DNA of 64,000 nucleotides from Acidimicrobiia bacterium (GTDB taxonomy: Bacteria; Actinomycetota; Acidimicrobiia; IMCC26256; BP-133), in contig JBIOUX010000164.1 in the NCBI GenBank assembly GCA_044867425.1, positions 1,367 to 65,366 of the forward strand, given 5' to 3'. A model generated the notes under the pieces. That model made no database searches and was not told the DNA's origin. It saw nothing but the letters and a program-made list of their open reading frames with translations. This document shows positions 35,201 to 41,940 of the stretch, one piece after another; position 1 is the first letter of the stretch, and the number at the start of each line of letters is the position of its first letter. Position numbers and translations under genes: made by a program.

Positions 35201-38200
35201 CCCCGGGGGGTCGTGTCCCTGGTCTTGTTGTCGTTGGCGTCGAAGGCCGACGTGATCCGGTTCCCCTTGGGATCGACCATCTCGACGAGGTTGTCGCGGT
35301 CGTCGTAGCGCCACTTGGTGATCCGGTTGTCCCGGTCGGTTTCCTTCACCGTGGGGCCGTAGGGGCTGTACTGGAACGTTTTGGTCTTGGCGGCGGCGTC
35401 GGTGATCCGAGTGGGGGCTCCGGTGCGGTCGTAGGCGCCGTTGGCGGCATCGGCTGTGTCGCCGTAGGTGGTCAGGTCGTCGGCGGGGTAGAGGCCGTCG
35501 TTGGCGGTTTCGCCCCGGGGGCCGTCGACGGTCTTGAGGGCTCCGGAGGTGTAGTAGGCGAAGGTGGTCGTGCGGTCGCCGGTGCACACGCCGGTGCTGC
35601 TGGAACAGGAGGGGGCCTGCGCGGCGCCGTCCGAGCGGTAGCGCTCGATGACGCTGCGGAGGTTGCCGGTGGCCGCGTCGGGGTCGAAGTCCACTACCCG
35701 CTGGGCGGTGTCACCGGAGGCGTAGGTGGCCTTGAGGAGGTCGGCGACCATGTAGCAGTAGCCTTCCTCGGTGACGTTGGCGTTGCCGGGGGCGGGATCG
35801 GTGCAGCCCGACGGGTGGCGCCAGGCGGCGTCGTAGCGGTAGGCGAGCTTGTGGGTCACGGCCACCTTGGGGGCCCCGGTGGGCAGGTCGTTGCGGCCGG
35901 GGTCGTTGGGGGCGGGTTCGGTGATCTCCACCAGGAGACCCAAGTCGTTGTACTTCATCTTCGTCTCGTTGCCGAGCCCGTCCTTCTTGGAGTAGAGGCG
36001 GTTCTCCTCCCAGGAGAACTGGCGGGTCACCGCCCCGGCGCCGAAGCCGGCGTCGATGATGGCGATGATGTTGCCGCCGGCGATGCGCCGGTCTGCCCCC
36101 GTGGGTTGGATCGCCCCCCGGCCCGAGGTGCGGTAGGTGACCTGGTCGGCCGCCGGGGAGGTCACCACCGTGTCCTGCTGGCCGGTGGTCGGATCCGGGG
36201 TGCCGTAGGCGAAGGCCCACGTCTTGGGGGTGGGCTGGGGGCTCTGGCGCCGGTCGGTCAGCGTGGTCATCTGGGCGGAATAGCCGCTGCCCGTGTAGGC
36301 GAAGCGGGTGGTGTTGCCCCGCCCGTCCTTGACCGAGGTGAGCTGCCCGCTGGTGTAGGCGAACTCGGTGGTGCGGGCGGCGTCACTGCCGCTCTGAGCG
36401 TTTTCGTTCACCTTCCACAGGCGGCCGTTGGCGTCGTAGACGAAGTCCACCCACCGCTCGTAAGAGCGGGTGGCGCCGCTCACCGGCTCCACGTCGGTCA
36501 CCCCCTGCAGGGTGGTGATCCGCGACAGGCGCCCTGTCGTGGCGTCCCAGGTCAGGCTGGCCACCACGCCGTTGCGGTTGTGGCTGATCGAGCTCAGGCG
36601 CACCTGGCCGGCGGCCAGGTTGTAGTCGAAGGTCAACGTGTCGCCGCGGCGGTCCCGGATCGAGGTGACCCGCCACGTATTGGTGGTCAGTCCCAGGGCG
36701 GGCTTGACCACCTTGAGGTTCTCCGCCTTGTAGATCACCCCGTCGGGTCGGACGAGCTCGTAGGCCGTGACCACCCCGCCGCTGACGACCTCCCGAACTC
36801 GCAGGCTCACCCCCGGCGGGGAGTCCCACCGTGATCCGATGCCGCCCTTGCGGATGAACCGCTGGGTGGTCCCGTCGCCGTCGGTGAACTCCAGCAGGTA
36901 GCCGGCGATGGTCCCTGCCCCGTCGACCACGGTGGCCGACGCCGCGGTCATCGGCGCGGCCACGTCGAAGTCCTCCAAGGCGCCTTCCACGCCGTCGAGG
37001 CCGGCGTCGAGGTCACTCACCGACAGCGACCAGCCCTGGCTCAGCCCGTTGTCGTGCAGCACGCTCGACTGGCGCTGGGAGTTGTAGACGTGGCGGATCA
37101 CCGTATTCAGCCCCTGGTTGGGGATCGTGGCGTCGTCGAAGCTGGCCGTCAGGTTGCCCGAACGCAGCTGCACGTAGCCCGTTCCCGACGAGCCGAGGGG
37201 GAACGACTTGTAGGGGGCGAACTGCTCCAGGCCGACCTGGTCGGACTGGGCCACCATGTCGGGCAGCAGGGTGGGGGAGAGCGTGACCGGATCGGCGGTG
37301 GAGTCGATGCAGATCGGCCCGTAGACCTGATCGGTGGTGTTCTTGTTGCCGGCCTTGTCGACGGTGGCGACGTGGAACCAGTAGGTGCCGTCGGCGTTGA
37401 CCGGCACCGTGTAGGTGGCGCTGAGCCCGGTGGTGTCCACCGTGTTGTCGGGAGCGGCCGCCTGGTCGTTGTTGAACACCCACGAGTAGCCCAGCACCCC
37501 CGAGGTGACGTCCGCGCCGGCGAGCCAGTTCATGCTGATCGTCCGGATCGAGGTGCACAAGTACTTGGCGTGGCTACTGGTGGTGATGGTCGGCGCGGTC
37601 GGCGGGGTGCTGTCCACCCAGATCCCGTAGTGGCGGGCAGAATCGGACCACCAGCCGGCGTTGTCCTTGGCCCGGGCGTGGACGTACCACTGCCCGTCGG
37701 CCGTGATCGAGGTGCTGTTGGTGTAGCTACCGGTGCTGTTCACCGTCGCGCCGGGGAGCGTGGAGGAGGACTGGTCGACTGATGCCGAGTACCCGGCGAT
37801 GCCGCTGGTGTCGCCCGACGGACCGCTGATGGCGGCGGCAACCGTCCGGCTCGAGTACCACTGCGCGCCCGGGGGGCTCTCCACTCCATGGCTGGAGCTC
37901 GTCAGGGTCGGTGTCCCCGGTTTGACGGTGTCGACGGTGAAGCTGGCCCAGACCGGTCCGCTGCGCTGGCGGAAGTCGTCGGCTTCTGCCGACCAGCTGT
38001 GGTAGCCCTGGCCGAGGGCGCCGGTGGTGACGCAGCCCCGGCCGTTGTTGCCCAGCGTGGCGCTGTTCCCGGACCAGACCTGGGTGCCGCCGCTGTTGTA
38101 GACCCGGAAGACGACGTAGCCGGTGTCGGCGCTGCCGGGGTTGCCCAGGTTGGGGTCCGTCCATGTCGCGCACAGCTGCGGCGTGGTGGTCGTCTGGTAG

Positions 38201-39726
38201 CCGCCGTTGGGGGCGAGGGCGCTGGCGGTGGGGGGCAGGTTGTAGACGACCCGGATGTAGGAGAGGTTGAGGAGGTCCTCGTCGGAGATGAAGGTGAAGA
38301 AGCTGTAGGGCTCCCCGCCGCTGTCGACCACGATGCCCCGGTTGTTCCAGCCGCTCTGGGAGTAGTGGGTCCAGTTGTGCACCCAGGGTTGGATGTCATG
38401 GGCGACGTACCCGCTGGCGCCCGGCCCGTAGCACTTGGAGTAGTTTCCGTCGCACAGCCCGCTCGAGAAGTGGTTCGGGCGGGTGTTGAATGTCACCGTG
38501 TTCGGGTCGTAGGGGTCGGCCACCGGCCAGAGGACGTAGCGGCTGGTGGGGTTCTGCCCCTGGATGTAGCGGTACGCGACCCATTGGCCAGTGAGGATGT
38601 TCTGGTTGTTCGCCGCGCTGAGGTCGTAGAGGAAGTAGCTGTCGTACTCCACGGTGCAGCAGGGGTAGCCGGTGTAGCCGGCCTTGGTGACGAAGCCGCC
38701 GTTGGCGGGGTCGTACTGGCCGCCCAGCGACTCGGCCCAGGTGCCTTGCTGGGTCCAGGTGGGCTGGTTGCTGCGGACGTACGAGTCCCACGAGTCGCCC
38801 CAGTCCTTGGGGAAGCGCACGTCGGGGTCGATCTTGACCGGCCACACGGTGGCCGGGTCGTCCAGCAGGCTCCGGGGGGCCTCCACCTCCACGACCAGAC
38901 CGGCGCCGTCGTCGACCAGGCGCACCGCCACCGGCGCCTGGCGGGGCTGTTGTCCGGTGGCCGGGTCGCCGCTGGAGTCCCAGGCCGCCCCTTGGTTGGG
39001 GATGGACGCGACCCGGATCCCGGCGGCGTCGTAGAAGCCGAAGCTGCCGTCGGCGCCCTGGTGGGCGGCGACGCCGGAGAGCTCGAGCGGGAAACGGAAC
39101 ACGCCGCTGCCCGCTGCGGCTGCGTTGGGCAGGCTGAGGATTTCCTTCACGACGTCGCGGCCCACCGTGTACTCCACGTCGGCGCCGCCCAGCAGACCGG
39201 GGTAGCGGACGGTGTTGCGGTCGGTCGCCGCCGCCACCGATGGCAGCATCCCCTCCAGGGTGAACCCGACGGACCAGGCGTCGGTGCCGACCTGGACCAG
39301 CGGGCCGCCGCCGGAGACGCCGGCGAAGCTCGCCGTGATCGGGCCGGAGCGGTTTCTGAATCGGCCGAGCCCGTCGGAGATGACAGTGGCGTCGAGTGGC
39401 ACCCAGCGCCCGTCCGGCGCCTGCCAGTTGACCGGCCCGGCATAGGCGAACAGCTCCCCGTTGCCGTCGGGGCGGCGGAACACGTTCGTGGTGTCCGTAC
39501 GCTGCAGCAGTTCCAGATCGGGCGGGTCCAGCGGTCCCACGTCCAGCAGGGTGGCTGTCGCCCACGGCCCCGGCGGCGGGGGGAGCGGCGGCGGTTCCTC
39601 CGCTGCTGCCGGACGCACCGGCAGACCGGTGGCCAGCACAGCCACCAGCAGGCTGAGGGTCAGCGCCCGAACGCTTCGCCCGCCCTGCCCCGAGCGCCCG
39701 CGCGTGAGGATCTTCGACAGCTTCAT
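32209..39726 (-). CDS. Rhs/YD-repeat polymorphic toxin, Sec signal peptide, WapA-like architecture
   Basis: 2505 aa.
- Signal peptide: RALTLSLLVAVLATGLPVRPAAA.
- N-terminal DNRLRE-like carbohydrate-binding-type domain (LWPVADPYDPNTVTFNTRP).
- Two Ig-like modules (VDTVKPGTPT, VDSTPPTAPT).
- Dozens of YD repeats (YDANGRL, YDALGRL, YDGEGRQ, YDADGNP).
- Core end: DRQYDPSIRRFTTED...NRYLYAAANPVGYY.
- A 171-aa C-terminal tip containing HELVH. Confidence 0.92.
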   Translation of the reverse strand: MKLSKILTRGRSGQGGRSVRALTLSLLVAVLATGLPVRPAAAEEPPPLPPPPGPWATATLLDVGPLDPPDLELLQRTDTTNVFRRPDGNGELFAYAGPVNWQAPDGRWVPLDATVISDGLGRFRNRSGPITASFAGVSGGGPLVQVGTDAWSVGFTLEGMLPSVAAATDRNTVRYPGLLGGADVEYTVGRDVVKEILSLPNAAAAGSGVFRFPLELSGVAAHQGADGSFGFYDAAGIRVASIPNQGAAWDSSGDPATGQQPRQAPVAVRLVDDGAGLVVEVEAPRSLLDDPATVWPVKIDPDVRFPKDWGDSWDSYVRSNQPTWTQQGTWAESLGGQYDPANGGFVTKAGYTGYPCCTVEYDSYFLYDLSAANNQNILTGQWVAYRYIQGQNPTSRYVLWPVADPYDPNTVTFNTRPNHFSSGLCDGNYSKCYGPGASGYVAHDIQPWVHNWTHYSQSGWNNRGIVVDSGGEPYSFFTFISDEDLLNLSYIRVVYNLPPTASALAPNGGYQTTTTPQLCATWTDPNLGNPGSADTGYVVFRVYNSGGTQVWSGNSATLGNNGRGCVTTGALGQGYHSWSAEADDFRQRSGPVWASFTVDTVKPGTPTLTSSSHGVESPPGAQWYSSRTVAAAISGPSGDTSGIAGYSASVDQSSSTLPGATVNSTGSYTNSTSITADGQWYVHARAKDNAGWWSDSARHYGIWVDSTPPTAPTITTSSHAKYLCTSIRTISMNWLAGADVTSGVLGYSWVFNNDQAAAPDNTVDTTGLSATYTVPVNADGTYWFHVATVDKAGNKNTTDQVYGPICIDSTADPVTLSPTLLPDMVAQSDQVGLEQFAPYKSFPLGSSGTGYVQLRSGNLTASFDDATIPNQGLNTVIRHVYNSQRQSSVLHDNGLSQGWSLSVSDLDAGLDGVEGALEDFDVAAPMTAASATVVDGAGTIAGYLLEFTDGDGTTQRFIRKGGIGSRWDSPPGVSLRVREVVSGGVVTAYELVRPDGVIYKAENLKVVKPALGLTTNTWRVTSIRDRRGDTLTFDYNLAAGQVRLSSISHNRNGVVASLTWDATTGRLSRITTLQGVTDVEPVSGATRSYERWVDFVYDANGRLWKVNENAQSGSDAARTTEFAYTSGQLTSVKDGRGNTTRFAYTGSGYSAQMTTLTDRRQSPQPTPKTWAFAYGTPDPTTGQQDTVVTSPAADQVTYRTSGRGAIQPTGADRRIAGGNIIAIIDAGFGAGAVTRQFSWEENRLYSKKDGLGNETKMKYNDLGLLVEITEPAPNDPGRNDLPTGAPKVAVTHKLAYRYDAAWRHPSGCTDPAPGNANVTEEGYCYMVADLLKATYASGDTAQRVVDFDPDAATGNLRSVIERYRSDGAAQAPSCSSSTGVCTGDRTTTFAYYTSGALKTVDGPRGETANDGLYPADDLTTYGDTADAANGAYDRTGAPTRITDAAAKTKTFQYSPYGPTVKETDRDNRITKWRYDDRDNLVEMVDPKGNRITSAFDANDNKTRDTTPRGQLTPSVADDFTTIWTYDNNDWQTQASWPGANPTDPRRVATVTYADDGAKTAETTPRSSSQINFAYTPNRTLKQIDAPGQTANSIDRAVTDYGYDTAGRVTQVDAPAGNTTNERARTTFTYTPSGAVAQQQVIANATQTQTTLYAYNAHGEPLQTKGPGKVGTFSHTTEQTYSPFAEVTRTRRYKTATTWVDAEVGYDQAGNQVRTAQPTGAGATLESLYRYDALGRLSAQTKDPENPSHTVAYSYDGEGRQTERLDKDGATNVRRVASVYNPDGTLQSEVAKNETAGTTLATCNYADGAGDLTSGYDADGNPLVTRTVSGTTGCTAGGTTLKTQTFAYAAANNWMTSSTQTLRSPDNGTSYSRTQSFAYEADGALDSATWDGRLTSYDHSPAGWLTSMTDWRSRASTNAYFPSGALKTAQRNNNALTGTWDYQRNGAPTSLTWNAGANVLRSHTGVLYDDGGQRTQEAVALRQPGASSTTSGTAKFAYDALNRLTSWVAPFAETSDSSQNTVYTLDDGGNITQEIARTGATAGSGSTRTTATSTFTDGRLTSRVTVYSSLIYEADCEKFWYDALGEETSRYFGYTSVFSCPSNPSATRSTSYDPAGHAAGHDDKTLNQYDINYVYDADGGLIARTDPFESGSAKTTLYFYWGSGDTLAEETDGTGQTMVRYLTDDTGQAVAQESHRTSTGDRNATATWNWLLGDLAGNVGTVCDDTGVVLEQAAFDPYGQPKTGGAGKTTSSSYGRSSLGYQHALTDRTPGSAGTTRALILKDRQYDPSIRRFTTEDSFVAGGLDLALGVDALTGNRYLYAAANPVGYYDDGHAPKGKGKNGCGPGYRKVRGPFGIWEACKPVNSKGPNITDNLARNRLVANSGGVVTECARSKSGQPVFCVQNVKRLPSADPGAGAVTYGHFIFCGGSCDSLLAHELVHVGQWEKYGDKFGIKYLIEAAKRGTGCRNKYEREAYTARGGGGCPEVRGETTEPNYSVNRRYGTSSA

Positions 39727-39907
39727 GTCGCAACTCGCCCTTCGTCAGAAATACCGCCGATGACGTCGGCGCAGGCGAAGGGCGCACTTGAAAACGCCCC
39801 GAAGATTCAGGGCCGACTGCTGGACTTCGAGGCGGTTCTCAAGTCGCCGGCGGGTCGTGCCGATGGGTCGGCTTCTGCAGCGGTCAGCTGAGCGGCGGAA
39901 CCGGCTG

Positions 39908-39934
39908 CCTTACGTCCTTACGTCCTTACGTCCT
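39908..39934. repeat. 8-bp tandem repeat CCTTACGT x3 (+CCT)
   Basis: Read directly from the sequence at 39908-39915, 39916-39923 and 39924-39931. It lies about 180 bp upstream of the Rhs start codon. Confidence 0.9.
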
Positions 39935-40004
39935 GTGGGCTGGGCCAACCCGTCTCGCCGTCCGCGACTCACTCCTCAGCGGGCCGACGAAATGCGGCGC
40001 TTCC

Positions 40005-40112
40005 CCCCTCTTCGCGATGATCACGCACTACCGCCACCGCGACGACCAGACCGCCCAGGTCCGCTGCCTCACCCTGGTGACCAACGCCTGCATCCTCTCC
40101 ACCACCGGCTAC
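40005..40112 (+). pseudogene. tnpA: Internal ~100-bp fragment of Tn3-family transposase fused to IR-R
   Basis: It translates as PLFAMITHYRHRDDQTAQVRCLTLVTNACILSTTGY. Bases 40040-40112 match the reverse complement of 29302-29374 at 71 of 73 positions. Confidence 0.8.
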
Positions 40113-40113
40113 G

Positions 40114-40137
40114 TGGCGCCGTTACCCCGGAGACCCC
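40114..40137 (-). repeat. Right terminal inverted repeat (IR-R), inner part deleted
   Basis: The reverse complement is GGGGTCTCCGGGGTAACGGCGCCA, which matches IR-L at 23/24 positions. Confidence 0.8.
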
Positions 40138-40142
40138 ATCTC
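40138..40142. repeat. Right copy of 5-bp target-site duplication (ATCTC)
   Basis: Identical to 29072-29076. Confidence 0.8.
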
Positions 40143-40367
40143 ACCGTGGACGAGCTGCTGGGCCAGCCTCCATCAGAGGCGAAGGAGGTGGTGGCCTTCC
40201 GCCGCGACCGCCGGGAGGAGTACCTGGGCCTGCGCCTGCCCGACTCCTGGACGGGCCAGCCGGTTCCTGTTCCCATCGAGGTGGGCACCGCCCGGCTCCG
40301 CACCGGCGACTTCCTCCGGGTCGACGGCGACGCCGGGGTGGTCTCCGTCCTGGCCTGCGCCGGGTAG
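40143..40367 (+). pseudogene. 3' part of the transposon-interrupted gene
   Basis: It reads TVDELLGQPPSEAKEVVAFRRDRREEYLGLRLPDSW...IEVGTARLRTGDFLRVDGDAGVVSVL, which is collinear with ...HTELHAALAGGEGPGTDEIERRHRAHQDCLALDLPE...VKVGTEMAVSGSTVTVDGSAGEVQL of the 19544 paralogue. It is in frame with 29076. Confidence 0.7.
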
Positions 40368-40371
40368 CGCG

Positions 40372-40986
40372 TCAGCGCAGCCAGGGCTCCTTCAGGTCGA
40401 GGTATTCATCGATCGTGCTGGCGGACGTCCACTCGCTGAACAGGGCCTGGGCCTCGGCGGGCATCTCCTTGGCCTCGCCCCGGCGGGCGTCGGCCTCGGA
40501 GGTGAAGTAGACGAAGTCGGTGTAGGACCCGTCGGCGTGCAGGGCGACGACGTCGCCCAGGACGTCGGGCCGGTGCCGGGCCATGATCGCCTCGGCCTCT
40601 CCCAGGCGCTTCTCCAACTCGGCCATCTTCTCCGGGTCGGTCACCCGGCCCCGCATCACCTGCACGAACTTTGCGTCGTTCGAGCCACCCCCGCGCATGG
40701 TCGTGACCTGAACGCTCTCCTGGAACATCGGGCTCTCGATGCACTTCTCCGTCTCGGCCCACCAGGCGCCCTGTTCGTCACGGCTGCTGTTGCGCTGAGC
40801 GGCGTCCTCGGACTCGAAGCGGGCCATGAGGACGAACCGACCGTCGCCGGTGATGCCTCCCGTGCTCCCGAGAAAGCCGATGGCGCCAGGACGCAGCTCG
40901 GCCTCCCACCGGTCAGCCTGGCGGAGGAGGCCTTCTCGATCGACGACGTTTCCCGTAATCACCTGGATGAACAAGGTCGCCTCCAT
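40372..40986 (-). CDS. Hypothetical protein, two tandem ~100-aa alpha+beta (ABM/Dabb-like) halves
   Basis: ORF with the start chosen at MEATLFIQV. There is internal similarity between the two halves (FIQVITGNV...RFESEDAAQ and FVQVMRGRV...FTSEADARR). Confidence 0.55.
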   Translation of the reverse strand: MEATLFIQVITGNVVDREGLLRQADRWEAELRPGAIGFLGSTGGITGDGRFVLMARFESEDAAQRNSSRDEQGAWWAETEKCIESPMFQESVQVTTMRGGGSNDAKFVQVMRGRVTDPEKMAELEKRLGEAEAIMARHRPDVLGDVVALHADGSYTDFVYFTSEADARRGEAKEMPAEAQALFSEWTSASTIDEYLDLKEPWLR

Positions 40987-41095
40987 GTCTCGCAGAGATC
41001 TCGCCGTGGACGGCTCGAACATCGTGGCGAGTCTTCGTCACCGCCGCCACCGTCCGGCATCGAAATGCCCGAATTGGTCGAGAACAGATTCCGGG

Positions 41096-41485
41096 TCACC
41101 ACACCTGGGTGCCGTCCACCTGGCCGGCTCCGGCCACGGCCGCCAGGAAGGGGCCGGCGACTCCTTCCTCGACGATCACCGCTCGCCCGGCGCGGCCCAG
41201 GGCCACGTGGTCGCCCCCGGCGCAGCCCCACCAGCGGCCGGGCGTCCAGGCCAGGTGCGTGGCGTCGCCCAGCACGGGGAGGAGGGCATTGAGGAGCTCC
41301 CACCAGGTCTCGGTGAAGTGGGCCACGACCTCGCGGGTGTCGTCGTCGTCCACCCCGGAGTGGCCGACCACCCGATCCTCCTCCACGTCCACGACCGCCA
41401 CGACCCCGGCGAGGGCGGCCACCGCCTCGACCACCGCCCGGTTCCCGGACGGCCCCCGTTCGACATGAGCATCGAGAAAGCTCAC
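41096..41485 (-). CDS. Hypothetical acidic protein (129 aa)
   Basis: This is the best-looking frame in the interval. No motif was recognised. Confidence 0.35.
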   Translation of the reverse strand: MSFLDAHVERGPSGNRAVVEAVAALAGVVAVVDVEEDRVVGHSGVDDDDTREVVAHFTETWWELLNALLPVLGDATHLAWTPGRWWGCAGGDHVALGRAGRAVIVEEGVAGPFLAAVAGAGQVDGTQVW

Positions 41486-41534
41486 CGGTTCCTCCCTTGG
41501 TACGGATTGACCCCATTTTGCCGGTTCCCTATAC

Positions 41535-41552
41535 TGAATGACGGATCAGTCA
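41535..41552. promoter_or_regulatory. Operator-like 18-bp palindrome TGAATGA-CGGA-TCAGTCA
   Basis: It lies 17-29 bp upstream of the start of the small-membrane-protein/ABC permease operon. Confidence 0.5.
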
Positions 41553-41568
41553 GACAGTCGCGGCGAGG

Positions 41569-41940
41569 GTGGGGTGCCAGATGGACGGAAAGAGCTGGCT
41601 ACGGGCGGAGTGGGACCGTGTCGCAGGATTCTGCCTCATCGCCCTGGGGGCGTTGCTGCTCGTCCTCGGCTACACGGGCGTGAGCGGTTCGCCGTATGTG
41701 GCCGAGGCGCTCTCCTACATCATGTCCGGGGGGATCGGGGGCCTCTTCCTGCTGGGCGCGGGGGCGACACTGCTCATCTCCGCCGATATCCATGACGAGT
41801 GGCGCAAGCTCGACCGGGTCGAAGACGCGCTGCGCTCGGGTGAGCCGATTCCCATGCCGGTGACGCCCGCTGTCGCCGACGCGCCCGAGGTCACCACCCC
41901 CAGCCGGGAGCCGGCCCCGTCCGAGTTGGCCACGGCGTGA
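41569..41940 (+). CDS. Small membrane protein, DEWRKLDR family (copy 3 of 3)
   Basis: It has SYIMSGGIGGLFLLG and IHDEWRKLDRVE. The start is GTG 41569 or ATG 41581. The stop overlaps the permease start. Confidence 0.65.
   Translation: MGCQMDGKSWLRAEWDRVAGFCLIALGALLLVLGYTGVSGSPYVAEALSYIMSGGIGGLFLLGAGATLLISADIHDEWRKLDRVEDALRSGEPIPMPVTPAVADAPEVTTPSREPAPSELATA

Larger units (their letters stand above)
29077..40137. mobile_element. Tn3-family transposon derivative (non-autonomous) carrying an Rhs toxin locus
   Basis: It has GGGG-initiated terminal inverted repeats matching 23/24, a 5-bp TSD, and tnpA remnants at both ends. Excision in silico restores the flanking ORF in frame. Confidence 0.8.

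Noticed and set aside
32401-39891. Several long + strand ORFs (32401-34158, 34483-36834, 37888-39891 and others).
   Set aside because: All are antisense to the Rhs gene, whose YD repeats and domains are unambiguous. The antisense translations are Gly/Val/Ala/Arg-rich with no motifs.
39908-39934. Possible CRISPR-like array.
   Set aside because: The units are only 8 bp, directly abutting with no spacers, and there are only three copies. No cas genes are present.
40017-40367. 116-aa ORF taken at face value as a gene.
   Set aside because: It is a chimera of a transposase fragment (to 40112), the right IR plus the target duplication (to 40142), and the 3' end of the interrupted host gene.
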